In this document: positions 1-9,678 of the stretch, one piece after another
Layout: each line of letters opens with the position of its first letter
Numbering within the stretch: position 1 is the first letter of the stretch
DNA from: an uncultured Gemmatimonadales bacterium
GTDB taxonomy: Bacteria > Gemmatimonadota > Gemmatimonadetes > Longimicrobiales > RSA9
Direction: 5' to 3'
Assembly: GCA_963728445.1 (NCBI GenBank)
Contig: CAVSJO010000006.1
Span: 1,279,138 to 1,343,137, forward strand
DNA length: 64,000 bases
The notes under the pieces: model-generated
The model's input: the letters and a program-made list of their open reading frames with translations, nothing else
Database searches by the model: none
What the model was told of the DNA's origin: nothing
Made by a program: the position numbers and the translations under genes

Positions 1-2
1 GA

Positions 3-242
3 ATCCACCGCAGGGGCAGGGAGGAGGAACGCGACGTCCCACGGGAATACTGGGCGACGCTACACGATCGCTACTCCCGCTGGATCCGCGGCTTCCGCTT
101 CTGTCCGATCCTGGCGCTGGACGTCCGCGAATACGACATCGTCGACGATCCGGGCTCCGTCGAACGCGTCGCAAGACGCGTAAAGGACGCCCTGGGCCCG
201 GAGATGAACAAGGCGGGCGTTCAGTTCAGGCTGACGGTGTAG
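3..242 (+). CDS. 3' end of a CDS that begins upstream of the window; hypothetical protein, C-terminal ~80 aa
   Basis: The frame is open from base 3 to TAG at 240-242 with strong GC3 bias; the antisense ORF 60..245 is less codon-like; no recognisable family. Confidence 0.4.
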   Translation: MHRRGREEERDVPREYWATLHDRYSRWIRGFRFCPILALDVREYDIVDDPGSVERVARRVKDALGPEMNKAGVQFRLTV

Positions 243-445
243 CACTCCCCCCGCCCGCAGCGCCCCCCGCCCGCAGGGCGCCCCCCCGCCGCCCGCAGGG
301 CCGGCGCCCCCGCCCGCAGGGCGGAGCCCCCGCCCGCAGGGCGGAACCCCCGCCGCAGGCGGTGCCCCGCCCGACGGGCGGTGCCCGGCGGCAACGCCGC
401 CGTGCCCCGCGGCAACGCCGCGGTGCCCCGCGCCGCAGGCGCGGC
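243..445 (-). repeat. Copy 3 (inverted) of a ~190-bp GC-rich hairpin-dense repeat element; the other copies are at 60689 and 62693
   Basis: The reverse complement contains GGGCACCGCC..TCGGGCGGGGCACCGCCTGCGGCGGGGGTTCCGCCCTGCGGGCGGGG, shared with 60770-60860 and 62760-62830, plus a tandemly reiterated CCGCCCTGCGGGCGG palindrome. Confidence 0.7.
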
Positions 446-446
446 T

Positions 447-1577
447 TCAGCTCCACCCCCTCGCCACCACCTCCCATTCGTCCACGACCTCGCCCTCGCC
501 GTCCACTCCCCAGTACCCGAGCTGAAGATTGACCGACACGCAGACGTGGTTGGGGACGACGCGGACGCGCTCGCCGACCTTCGGCCGCCAGTCGGTGGCC
601 GACAGGTCGAGGACGCCGTGCTCCTCGGACGTCGTTCGCACCGTCACCTCGGGGCGGTCGAGGAGGGCGCCGAGGCCGGTGACCGGGACGTCGCGGCCGT
701 CGCTCGTACGGAACGTCGCGCCCTCGGGCGCGCGGATCTCCTCGCGGGACAGGGCCTTCGAGCCGGCGTCGACCACGGCCTGACCGGGCACGGCGGTGCT
801 GACGACCGTCGCCAGGATGCTGTAGGCGCACTCGTCCCACGCGCACGCGCCGATCGCGGCGGTCGTCCGGTCGTTGAAGACGTAGGTGCCGGGCCGGATC
901 TCGGTGATGCCGCTCAGGCGATGGGACTGGAATGCGGTCGGGGTCGAGCCGCCGGACACGACCTCCGCCCGCAGCCCGGCCTCCTCGAGTGCGTCCAGGT
1001 GCCGGTCGATGGACTGCTGCAGTGTCTCCAGCGACGCGTCCTGCTCGTCCACCGGCTCGCGGATGTGGCCGGGGTAGAACATCAACCCCCGGAAGGCGAG
1101 GCCCGAGAGGTCGCCGGCGAGGCGGGCGAGGCGGAGCATGTCGGCGGTCGACTGGACGCCGACCCGGCGCATGCCCAGGTCGACCTCGACCAGCGCGCCG
1201 ATCTCGGCGTCGGCCTCACGGGCGGCGCGGGCGAGCGTGCGCATCGCCTCCTCGGAGTCCATCGCCACCGTCAGATCGAGCCGGGAGGCGAGAGCGCGCG
1301 CGGCTTCGAGGCGGCCGCCGCCGAGGACGGGGTACGCCAGCAGGAGCCGATCGGCGACGTCGCCCATCACCATCGCCTCGCGGCCCGTGGCGACCGTCAG
1401 CCCCGCGGCGCCCCGGGCGATCTGCGCGGCTCCGACGCGCGGGTTCTTGTGCGTCTTGGTATGGGGCCGCAGCGCGAGGCCGTGCTCCGCCGTATACGTG
1501 GCCATGCGATCGAGGTTGGCCTTCATGCGCGCGACGTCCACGACGGCGGCCGGCGTGGGCAGGGAGTCGAGGTTCAT
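447..1577 (-). CDS. PLP-dependent D-TA/DSD1 family enzyme (alanine-racemase-like N domain; D-serine deaminase / D-threonine aldolase-like)
   Basis: Internal ATG of the 740-aa ORF (MNLDSLPTPAAVVD..); the HTKTHKNP motif matches the PLP-lysine region of DSD1-like enzymes; the ATGA overlap with the upstream S9 peptidase stop suggests an operon. Confidence 0.8.
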   Translation of the reverse strand: MNLDSLPTPAAVVDVARMKANLDRMATYTAEHGLALRPHTKTHKNPRVGAAQIARGAAGLTVATGREAMVMGDVADRLLLAYPVLGGGRLEAARALASRLDLTVAMDSEEAMRTLARAAREADAEIGALVEVDLGMRRVGVQSTADMLRLARLAGDLSGLAFRGLMFYPGHIREPVDEQDASLETLQQSIDRHLDALEEAGLRAEVVSGGSTPTAFQSHRLSGITEIRPGTYVFNDRTTAAIGACAWDECAYSILATVVSTAVPGQAVVDAGSKALSREEIRAPEGATFRTSDGRDVPVTGLGALLDRPEVTVRTTSEEHGVLDLSATDWRPKVGERVRVVPNHVCVSVNLQLGYWGVDGEGEVVDEWEVVARGWS

Positions 1578-3679
1578 GGCTGCGTCGCCTGCGTGGCGGT
1601 CGACATCCCGTACTTGCCGAACCAGGCCAGCACCCACGCGGTCTTCTCGACGAGGTTGCTCGGCTTGGCCGCGATCTCGTGCCCCGAGTCCGGCACCTTC
1701 ACCATCGCGGTGGGGACGTGCTGGAGCTTGAGCGCCGTGTAGAACTGCTCGGCCTCCGTCGTCGGCGTGCGGTAGTCCTCCTCGCCGGTGATGAGCATGG
1801 TCGGCGTCTTCACGTTGCCCGCGTAGCTGATGGGGGAGCGCTCCATGTAGTGCTGCAGGTTGTCCCACGGCAGGCCCGGCTGCCAGTACTTGTAGAAGAA
1901 CGGCGTGGCGTCTGCCGTGAGCACGAAGCTGTACCAGTTGATGACCGGCTTCTGGACGACGGCGGCGCGGAAGCGGTCGGTGTGGCCGACGATCCAGGCG
2001 GACAGCACGCCGCCGCCGCTCCCGCCGGTTACGAAGAGCTGGTCCGGATCGACGTAGCCCTTCGCGATCGCGGCGTCCACACCGGACATCAGGTCCTCGA
2101 AGTCGTGGTCCGGGTAGTCGTGGTGTATGAGGTTGCCGAACTCCTCGCCGTAGCTCGTCGAGCCGCGCGGATTGATGTAGAGCACGACGTTGCCGGGCGC
2201 CGCGTAGAGCTGGTCCTCCGCGGCGAAGCGGTCCCCGTAGTTCGCGAACGGGCCGCCGTGGATCTCGAGGATGAGCGGGTACTTGCGGGACGGGTCGAAG
2301 TGCGGCGGCTTGAGGATCCAGCCCTGGATCTCGCGGCCGTCGAAGGACGACTTGAACGTGATCTCCTCGGCGGTGGCGAGGGCCTTGTGGTCCAGCAGGT
2401 CCGCGTTGAGCTGCGTGATCCGGCGGGCGTCCTTCCCGCGGGTGCCGACGGCGACGTCGGCCGGGTGGTCGGGCAGGCTGTGGGTGAAGGCGAAGACACC
2501 GTTGCGCGAGACGGTGTAGGAGCCGCCGCCGTAGGGCCGGCCGATGGACAGGCCGCCGACGTGGTCCGCAAGCTTCGCCACCTTCCCCGAGCCGACGTCC
2601 ACGTAACCGATTTTTGTGTCGCCCCGGTCGTCGTACTGGAAGTAGAGGCCCTTTCCGTCCCGGCTCCACGTCAGGTTGCCGAAGTCCCGGTCGAAGTCGG
2701 GCGCCACCTCATGGCTGCCGCTGCCGTCGGCGTTCATGACGTACAGGTGCGTAACCTGGTAGCCCTGGTAGCGGTCGTCGAAGCCGGTGTAGGCGACGAC
2801 GCCCCCGCCGGGCGACACCGTCGGCTCGCCGTCCGGGCCCTGCCGGCTCGTCAGCGCCTGCGGCTCACCGCCGTCGAGCGACACCCGGTAGACCTCCGAA
2901 TTCGCGGGGTCGTACTCCCGGTCCTCGTGACGATTTCCGGAGAAGTAGAGCGATCGGCTGTCCGCGGACCACTCCGGCGCGCCGTCGTCGTACGGCCCGA
3001 ACGTGAGCTGGCGGGGCGTGCCGCCCTGCGCGGGAAGCACGAACACGTGGGTGTAGCCGTGGGGCAGGTAGCCGACCTCGTCCTGGCGGTAGTGGAGTCG
3101 ATCGATCATGCGCCAGGCGGGGCCCCAGTCGGCGCCCTTCGGCCTCGGCGGCATGTGGGCCAGCGTCGGCGCCTCCTCCGGGACGCGCATGCTGAAGGCG
3201 ATCCACTGCCCGTCCGGCGACCAGGTGACGCCCCGTGGCGAGCCCTCGGCGATGTGCGTGAGCTCCGCCTCCTGCCCGGTGTCCATCCAGCGCAGCCAGA
3301 CCTGGCTCGAGCCGCCCTGGTTCGAGACATAGATCAGCTTCGAGCCGTCCGGCGCCCAGCGAGGCGAGCCGTAGCTCTTCTCCCCGCTCGCCAGCGCCCG
3401 CATCCCGGACCCGTCCGCGTTCATGATCCACAGGTCGGAACGGGTACCGTCCTTCATGACGTCGTAGCCCTCCCGCACGAATACGATCTGCCGGCCGTCG
3501 GGCGAGATTCGCGGATCCGAGGCCCACTCGAGCTGGAAGACGTCGAGGGGCTGGAAGAGATCGCTCGGCGCCATGGAGGAGGCCGGCGCGCCGGCCTCCT
3601 CCTGCGCGTGGAGCGGGAGGGCGGTCAGGAGCGTGGCGGCGCCGATGGCGCCGACGAGCATCGTCGCATATCGAGTCAT
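1574..3679 (-). CDS. S9 family serine peptidase (prolyl oligopeptidase / acylaminoacyl-peptidase type) with N-terminal TolB-like beta-propeller and signal peptide
   Basis: 701 aa with a signal peptide; repeated SPDG/WSPDG propeller motifs; C-terminal GGSGGG nucleophile region and a catalytic His near the end. Confidence 0.85.
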   Translation of the reverse strand: MTRYATMLVGAIGAATLLTALPLHAQEEAGAPASSMAPSDLFQPLDVFQLEWASDPRISPDGRQIVFVREGYDVMKDGTRSDLWIMNADGSGMRALASGEKSYGSPRWAPDGSKLIYVSNQGGSSQVWLRWMDTGQEAELTHIAEGSPRGVTWSPDGQWIAFSMRVPEEAPTLAHMPPRPKGADWGPAWRMIDRLHYRQDEVGYLPHGYTHVFVLPAQGGTPRQLTFGPYDDGAPEWSADSRSLYFSGNRHEDREYDPANSEVYRVSLDGGEPQALTSRQGPDGEPTVSPGGGVVAYTGFDDRYQGYQVTHLYVMNADGSGSHEVAPDFDRDFGNLTWSRDGKGLYFQYDDRGDTKIGYVDVGSGKVAKLADHVGGLSIGRPYGGGSYTVSRNGVFAFTHSLPDHPADVAVGTRGKDARRITQLNADLLDHKALATAEEITFKSSFDGREIQGWILKPPHFDPSRKYPLILEIHGGPFANYGDRFAAEDQLYAAPGNVVLYINPRGSTSYGEEFGNLIHHDYPDHDFEDLMSGVDAAIAKGYVDPDQLFVTGGSGGGVLSAWIVGHTDRFRAAVVQKPVINWYSFVLTADATPFFYKYWQPGLPWDNLQHYMERSPISYAGNVKTPTMLITGEEDYRTPTTEAEQFYTALKLQHVPTAMVKVPDSGHEIAAKPSNLVEKTAWVLAWFGKYGMSTATQATQP

Positions 3680-3874
3680 GTGGTCTCCGGGAAGTGGGTA
3701 GGACGCTGCACGCTACGGGGCCGCCGGAGCCTGAGCAAGGCGCCGGCACGGCTTGCCGAGCCGACCGCCGTCGCCCAATCATACGCCTCAGGTCGTCTCG
3801 AGGGCGTCCGACACCGGCCCGGGCCTCTGCGAGGGCTGGTGCGGCGCGCCGCGAAAATCCCCGATCGAGGAGGC

Positions 3875-4831
3875 ATGATGCACGTGAGGACGCTGTCCCC
3901 TGCGCTTCTCGCCCTTGCCCTCGTCGCTGCGTGCGGCGGCTCCGGCGGCGATGCCGGTGACGCCGGCATGGCGACGGACTCCGCCGCAGGATCCGCCCAG
4001 GCCGCCGCGCCCGCGGCGGGCGCCGACTCCATGTCGATCCAGGGCTTCCAGACGCCGGAATCCGTACTGTACGACGACGCGGCCGACGTCTACTACGTGT
4101 CCAACATCAACGGGAACCCGTTGGACAAGGACGGGAACGGGTTCATCTCGCGCGTGTCGCCCGACGGCACCATCGCGCAGGAGCGCTTCGTCGATGGCGC
4201 GTCCGAGGGCGTGACGCTGAACGGCCCGAAGGGCCTTGCGATCCACGGGGACACGCTGTTCGTCGCCGACATCGACGTCGTGCGGGCGTTCGACCGGAAC
4301 TCGGGCAAGCCGCTCGCAGACATGCCGGTCTCGGGGGCGACGTTCCTGAACGACCTGGCGGTGGCGCCGGACGGCACGCTGTACGTCACCGACTCCGGAC
4401 TCGACGCGAGCTTCAACGGGACGGGCACCGACGCGGTCTATCGGTTCGAAGGCGGCAAGGCGGTGGCCGTCTCACGGGACAGCGCCCTGCTGCACCCCAA
4501 CGGAATCCTGGTCAGCGGCGACTCGCTGGTGATCGTCCCGTTCGGCGGAAACGTCGTGCTCTCGATGGCGCGCAGCGGTGGAGCCATTTCGAAGGGGGCG
4601 ACGCTGCCCGGCGGACAGCTCGACGGCGTCGTGCGGCTCGGCGACGGGTCGTTGCTCGTGTCCAGCTGGGAAGGTCAGGCCGTCTACCGCGTGCCGGGCG
4701 GCGGCGGCGCGCCGTCCGTGGCCGTGTCCGGTGTCGAGTCGCCTGCGGACATCGGCTACGACGCCGGCCGCGGCAGGCTGTTGATCCCGATCTTCCAGGG
4801 CGGGCGCGTGGAGGTGCGCGGCGTGCGTTGA
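3875..4831 (+). CDS. Lipoprotein with NHL/SMP-30-like beta-propeller
   Basis: GAGGAGG RBS 3-9 nt upstream of the ATG; lipobox LVAAC; repeated DxxG..LYV blades; GC3 bias; embedded in the long artefactual ORF 932..4831. Confidence 0.7.
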   Translation: MMHVRTLSPALLALALVAACGGSGGDAGDAGMATDSAAGSAQAAAPAAGADSMSIQGFQTPESVLYDDAADVYYVSNINGNPLDKDGNGFISRVSPDGTIAQERFVDGASEGVTLNGPKGLAIHGDTLFVADIDVVRAFDRNSGKPLADMPVSGATFLNDLAVAPDGTLYVTDSGLDASFNGTGTDAVYRFEGGKAVAVSRDSALLHPNGILVSGDSLVIVPFGGNVVLSMARSGGAISKGATLPGGQLDGVVRLGDGSLLVSSWEGQAVYRVPGGGGAPSVAVSGVESPADIGYDAGRGRLLIPIFQGGRVEVRGVR

Positions 4832-4858
4832 CGAGCGTCTCCACGAACGAGGACGAAG

Positions 4859-5215
4859 ATGACGCGTGCGCCCCTCCTGCTCGACCCGGTAGGCTTCCTC
4901 GTGGGCCAGAGCGTGATGGCCGACGTGCTGCACGCGAGCAGCGCGGGGCTTCTGGGCGGCCTCCTGCCCACCCGAACTGCCCTGTTCTTCCTCGCCGGTG
5001 GACTGACGGTCGAGCTGCTGCTGTTCCTGCGGCATGAATTCACGGCTCAGCTGCAGGCGCTCGTCCGGGGGCTCGGCGCCGGCGCGGTTGCATGCCCGCT
5101 GCTGCTCGTGGGACAGGCGCAGCTCGCCTTTCCGCTGCGATCCATTCTGTTCGTGGAGATCCTCACCGCCAGCGTGGCGCTGCTGGTCGTCGAGCATCGG
5201 CGCCCCCGGATCTGA
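4859..5215 (+). CDS. Hypothetical small hydrophobic protein
   Basis: 118-aa ORF, largely hydrophobic, moderate GC3 bias, no family recognised. Confidence 0.3.
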   Translation: MTRAPLLLDPVGFLVGQSVMADVLHASSAGLLGGLLPTRTALFFLAGGLTVELLLFLRHEFTAQLQALVRGLGAGAVACPLLLVGQAQLAFPLRSILFVEILTASVALLVVEHRRPRI

Positions 5216-5260
5216 ACGCGGACGTCGCCGGATCGGAACGAGGGCCCCGCGGACGCGCGG

Positions 5261-5359
5261 GCGCGTGGGCGGTTGGATGCTTAGGCGCGTGGGCGGCACG
5301 GCGGGCGCGTGGGCGGCACGGCGGGCGCGTGGGCGGCACGGCGGGCGCGTGGGCGCCAA
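5261..5359. repeat. Tandem repeat, 21-bp unit GCGCGTGGGCGGCACGGCGGG, about 4.5 copies
   Basis: Direct reading: three perfect units at 5285-5347 flanked by partial units. Confidence 0.85.
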
Positions 5360-6062
5360 CAAAGGACCATCTGCGGGCTGTCGGCGGTCGTTCGTCGCGA
5401 TCAGGTCGCATGACAATGACGCCGTGGCATGCTCCGCTCTCGGGCCGCCCGTCGTTGTCACGTACGCACCGCAACGGACGCCGAACGTGACGAAAGAGCG
5501 GACCGCCGATCGGATTGGTGGATTCTGTCCGGGCGTGCGTGGCGCTGCTGGTCGTTGGCGATTCTTGTGATCGTTCTCGTGGCATGCGGAAGGGCCAGTA
5601 CCGCGCCAGGGGCGGAAACTTGTAGCAACGCCTCCGGTGAATTCGGGAGCGTGGGGTGTGCCGGTGTGCGCGGACGAGTAGTCGACTCCGATGGAACGGG
5701 TGTGGTGGGCGCCCAGGTCAGACCCTTCTTCGGATCGGATGGTTGCTGTAATACTCCCGTGTTGAAACGGATGCGGGCGGTTCAAACTTTGCCTTTGATC
5801 CTGCGATCGCTGGCGCTTGACCCGACGCTGCCGCTCGGCCAGTATTGAGTTTCAGCATTCGGGTCCAGTTGTGCGGTGGCTCGCGTTTCGCCGTCAGAGA
5901 CGGCGGGCGACCGCGCTTCAGTCTGGGCGAGAACCATCGGCACAGCTTCGTCGCCGCCAGCGTTTCGAAGCAGTTTTGGCACAGCTTTGACGACGGAGGG
6001 CGGGCGCGGCAAAAGACTGGATGCCGTACGTCGGTGGTGAATCGGAAGCTAGCACGTGTTTC

Positions 6063-6135
6063 GGGGCCGTAGCTCAGCTGGGAGAGCACCTGCTTTGCAA
6101 GCAGGGGGTCACCGGTTCGATCCCGGTCGGCTCCA
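6063..6135 (+). tRNA. tRNA-Ala (anticodon TGC)
   Basis: GGGGCCGTAGCTCAGCTGGGAGAGC..CTTTGCAAG..GGTTCGATCCCGGTCGGCTCCA; cloverleaf with G3:U70; CCA not encoded. Confidence 0.9.
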
Positions 6136-6205
6136 TCCATCGGACGCCTTTCGCGGCGAGCCCACGCCGGTCGGGGTTCGCGCCTGTCGTCACCGCGAGG
6201 CTGTC

Positions 6206-6307
6206 ATGAAGCTGGAGGACATCAACTGGCTCAACGTCGGGGCGCTGACGGTGCTCCTCGTCGTTCTCGCCGTCTGGCTGCACACCTACCTGAGCACCCA
6301 CTCCTGA
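6206..6307 (+). CDS. Small membrane peptide, 33 aa (MKLEDINWLNVGALTVLLVVLAVWLHTYLSTHS)
   Basis: Very strong GC3 bias; a single TM helix; weak GAGG Shine-Dalgarno; lies just after the tRNA. Confidence 0.35.
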   Translation: MKLEDINWLNVGALTVLLVVLAVWLHTYLSTHS

Positions 6308-6450
6308 GGTAGCCGGCTCGCTGTGTGAGCCGGTGCGCCCCAACCCCCTCCGCCCCAATCCCCTCGGACCCACTCCGCCGCCGACAGGAACGTTCGTTGC
6401 AGCCGCGATGCGCGCGCAGGACTCGTCGACGCGTCTTCGCGGGAGCACAC

Positions 6451-7077
6451 ATGCGTCCCCATACACGCCTACCCTCGCCGGCCGTGCTGATCGCCGTCGC
6501 GCTGCTCTGGGCCGGCCCGCTGGCCGGCCCCCTCGCCGGACAGCAGCGGGAGGCGGCCGGCGCGGCGGGGCGCGTGCAGGTCGTGCTCTCGACGATGCAC
6601 CGGCTGAACGAGATGGAGATCGAGATGGGCCGGCTCGCCCGGCAGCGGGGTGCCCGGGATGCCATCAAGGACTACGGGGACCGGCTGGTGCGGGACCACG
6701 AGTTCGCCGACGAGAAGGTCCGGGACCTGGCCCGGTCGTCGGGCGTCGAGCTGCTGCCCATCGCGGCGCTCCCTGCTGCCGGGGCCCTGCGGGACCTGCA
6801 CGAACGCGGCGAGCTGGTCTCCAACCAGCTCGGCCTGACGTTCGACCGCATGTTCCTGGACCTGATGGCGACGTCGCACTCCACCGCCCTGGGGCTCCTC
6901 GACGAAGCGCGGGCCCGCCTGCCCGCCGGCGACGTGAAGGACCTCGTGGGCCGACTCGCCCCCATCCTCTCTCAGCACCTCGAGCTCGCGCGGGACCTGC
7001 TGGCCGATGCAGGCAGCGGACGGCCCGCGACGCCACCGGTGGACGTCGAACCGCCCCCGGCCGGAGGCCGGAGGTGA
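6451..7077 (+). CDS. DUF4142-like secreted/periplasmic protein
   Basis: Signal peptide MRPHTRLPSPAVLIAVALLWA; paired helical MH..NE.EI..G.LA...YG..L..DH pattern typical of DUF4142. Confidence 0.6.
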   Translation: MRPHTRLPSPAVLIAVALLWAGPLAGPLAGQQREAAGAAGRVQVVLSTMHRLNEMEIEMGRLARQRGARDAIKDYGDRLVRDHEFADEKVRDLARSSGVELLPIAALPAAGALRDLHERGELVSNQLGLTFDRMFLDLMATSHSTALGLLDEARARLPAGDVKDLVGRLAPILSQHLELARDLLADAGSGRPATPPVDVEPPPAGGRR

Positions 7078-7589
7078 GCGCGGCCGATGGGACGGTGAGG
7101 GCGGAGCGGCGTCCTGGCGCGGCAGCCCGAGCTGGCGCCGGCGCCGTCGGCGGCGTCGTCGCCGGTCTCGTTATGGCGATGGTCGCGCTCTGCCATACCT
7201 CCTTCCTCGGGCTCGGCTTCTGGCTGCCGATGAAGCTCGTCGCGGGCGTGTTCTGGGGCGTGCGCGTGATCATCGGCGGGGTCTGGATCACCCTCGCCGG
7301 CATCGCGATCCACCTGGCGGTCTCGGCGGTGGCGGGAGCGCTCTTCGGCGTGCTGTTCGGCCACCGCATCAACGCGATCGTCGGGGTCGCCCTCGGGATC
7401 GCGTTCGGGGGCGTCGTCTGGGCCGTGAACACCTACCTCGTCCTGCCGTGGGCGGACCCGGTCATGCTGCAGCGGGAGATGGTGGCGCCCGTCTGGTGGT
7501 TCGTCTACCACCTGGTCTTCGGGGCGGTACTGGTCCTGGTGCCCGTATTCACCCGGCTGCAGGCGGATTCCCGGCCGCTCTTCGACTGA
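7074..7589 (+). CDS. Integral membrane protein (4-5 TM helices), hypothetical
   Basis: GTG overlaps the upstream stop (GGAGG RBS at 7067); an alternative ATG lies at 7173; hydrophobic with GC3 bias. Confidence 0.55.
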   Translation: MSAADGTVRAERRPGAAARAGAGAVGGVVAGLVMAMVALCHTSFLGLGFWLPMKLVAGVFWGVRVIIGGVWITLAGIAIHLAVSAVAGALFGVLFGHRINAIVGVALGIAFGGVVWAVNTYLVLPWADPVMLQREMVAPVWWFVYHLVFGAVLVLVPVFTRLQADSRPLFD

Positions 7590-7635
7590 CGGGCATTCAA
7601 GCGGCACGTGGGCCAGTCCCCGGCAGAGTGGCGGA

Positions 7636-9222
7636 TCAGCTCGCTTCCCGCTTGAGGACGTCCTGCGGAGGGCGCGGCGGGAGGTGCAGCCGGAACCGGC
7701 TGCCGGCCCCGACCTCGCTCTCGACGACGAGGTCGCCGCCGAGGAGCCGGGCGAGTCGGCGGCCGACGGAAAGGCCGAGTCCGGCCCCTCCATGGCGACG
7801 GGTGGACGCCGGCTCGAGCTGGGTGAACGGCTCGAAGATGCGTTCCAGATCGCCCTCGGCGATCCCCAGGCCGGTGTCGGTGACGAGGACCGTGAGGCCG
7901 CCGTCGTCGGTCCGGAAGAGCTCGATCCGCACCGTGCCTTCCGACGTGAACTTCACCGCGTTGCCCAGCAGATTGAGCAGGATCTGGCGAACCTTGGCCC
8001 CGTCCGTGAGGATCTCCTCCCGCTGAAGCGGGACTTCGGATTCGAGCCGCAGATCCTTCTGCCGGGCGATGGGCAGGACGGCGGTGACGATCTCGCGCAC
8101 GATCGCCGCGGCGTCCACGGGCTCCGGCCGAATGCTCTCCCGGGCCATGTCCAGGCGTGAATACGAGAGCACCTCCTCGATCAGCCTGACCAGGAGCCAG
8201 CCGCTCGTGCGGATGCGATCGAGGTAGTCGTGCTGCTCCGTGGTGAGGCCGCCGGCGATCTCGTCCAGCAGCAGCTCCGTGTAGCCGAGCATCGCGTTCA
8301 GCGGCGTGCGCAGCTCGTGACTCATCGTAGCCAGGAACGCGGACTTCGCGCGGCTCGCCTGCTCCGCATCGCGGCGGGCATGGACGAGGTCGGTCACCTC
8401 GAACCCGAGGACGACGATCCCGGTGGTCTCGCCGGCGTCGCGGAGGGGCTGGTAGACGAAGTTGACGAAGATCTCCTCCGGCTCTGACCCGGGGGTGCGT
8501 CGCACGCGGATGGGCTCCTCGATCCCGACGTACGCCACCCCCGTGCGGTAGACGCGGTCCACCGCGTCGAAATACCCCTGGTCCTCCAGCTCGGGCAGCG
8601 CCTCGCGAAGGGAACGTCCGACGACGTTCCGGTGTCCGACCAGTTGGCGGTAGCGGGGATTGGCGAGCTCGAAGACGTGTTGCGGGCCACGCAGCACCGC
8701 GATGAAGGCGGGTGCCTGCTCGAAGAGCTCGGAGAGGTGGAGTCGCTCGGCGCTGAGCTCGCTGACGACGCGTCGCCGCTCCGTCACGTCCCGGGAGACG
8801 CCCACGATCCCGATCAGGACGCCGTCGTCGTCCAGGATCGGCGAGTCCGTCACATAGGCGTGGAAGCTGCTTCCGTCCTTGCGGCGCACTTCGAAGTCAC
8901 CGCTCCAGTCCTCGCCGTCCTGGAGCCGCTGCATGATCTCTTCGGCCCGGTCCAGGAAGGCCGGCGTCAGCTCCGTGATGGGGCGGCCGACGGCCTCCGA
9001 TGCGGTCCAGCCGTAGAGCGCCTCGGCCGAGCGGTTCCACAGGAGGACACGGCCGTCCGGATCCGTGGCGATGACCGCCTGACCGATCGCGTCGAAGGTC
9101 CGGGCCAGGAACCCGGCGTCGCCTTCCGAGGGTTTGGCTGGTGACGGGCTCGATGCGCTCTCGGCTGCGGATTGCTTCATCGGCGGCGCGGGGCTGTGCG
9201 AGGAAGATCGACGGGTGAACAT
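7636..9222 (-). CDS. Sensor histidine kinase with two PAS domains (HisKA + HATPase_c); no response regulator adjacent
   Basis: H-box ATMSHELRTPLN plus G1/G2 boxes (GLGLSV, GAGSRF); PAS motifs; an alternative start sits at 9180 (MKQ). Confidence 0.85.
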   Translation of the reverse strand: MFTRRSSSHSPAPPMKQSAAESASSPSPAKPSEGDAGFLARTFDAIGQAVIATDPDGRVLLWNRSAEALYGWTASEAVGRPITELTPAFLDRAEEIMQRLQDGEDWSGDFEVRRKDGSSFHAYVTDSPILDDDGVLIGIVGVSRDVTERRRVVSELSAERLHLSELFEQAPAFIAVLRGPQHVFELANPRYRQLVGHRNVVGRSLREALPELEDQGYFDAVDRVYRTGVAYVGIEEPIRVRRTPGSEPEEIFVNFVYQPLRDAGETTGIVVLGFEVTDLVHARRDAEQASRAKSAFLATMSHELRTPLNAMLGYTELLLDEIAGGLTTEQHDYLDRIRTSGWLLVRLIEEVLSYSRLDMARESIRPEPVDAAAIVREIVTAVLPIARQKDLRLESEVPLQREEILTDGAKVRQILLNLLGNAVKFTSEGTVRIELFRTDDGGLTVLVTDTGLGIAEGDLERIFEPFTQLEPASTRRHGGAGLGLSVGRRLARLLGGDLVVESEVGAGSRFRLHLPPRPPQDVLKREAS

Positions 9223-9423
9223 GGGCCGCGGCCGGACCCGTGTCCAGCGGTGGGACGCGTCACTTCGGATGCGTCTCGTGCGTTCCGGATGCGAGGCACA
9301 CGCCTTGCTCTTTCAATGGACCGACGCCGGGCGGTGACGGGGGCGGCGGAGCAGGAGTCGGATCGAAGCGTATCGGCCGTGCGGATCCGTTTCGCACGCG
9401 GGACGCGCGGCACCGGAGGAGTT

Positions 9424-9678
9424 ATGTTGCAGTTGCTGGCATTCGGAGTCATGGCTTTCACGATGGCGCTCCTTCTTGGATACCTTCGGCTGCCCGACGG
9501 CCGCGAGTGCCCCGCCTGCGGTAGACGGCCGCTGCGGCGCGTCTCCCCGCGGGGAGAGGCGGGTCCGATGATCCCTCGGCTCCTCGATCTGGCGTTCTGC
9601 CGGGCCTGCGGCTGGCGTGGGCGCATCCGCCGCGGCCCGGTCCATTCCCCGGTGTCCCGGCGCGGGAGGGGCTCATGA
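9424..9678 (+). CDS. Small membrane protein with CxxC..CxxC zinc-ribbon
   Basis: GGAGGA RBS 4 nt upstream of the ATG; one N-terminal TM helix, then CPAC..CRAC. Confidence 0.45.
   Translation: MLQLLAFGVMAFTMALLLGYLRLPDGRECPACGRRPLRRVSPRGEAGPMIPRLLDLAFCRACGWRGRIRRGPVHSPVSRRGRGS

Noticed and set aside
932-4831. 1299-aa ORF, and similar very long ORFs (10012..13152, 32617..35601 N-terminus, 58256..60190, 35712..36977)
   Set aside because: These are Arg/Gly/Pro-rich and antisense or out of frame to recognisable genes, with no codon periodicity. They are typical high-GC artefacts. Only embedded sub-ORFs with family matches were kept.
6063-6135. tRNA-Ala as an integration site for a mobile island
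   Set aside because: There is no integrase or recombinase, and no direct repeat of the tRNA 3' end in the following 10 kb. The downstream genes are ordinary GC-matched chromosomal genes.
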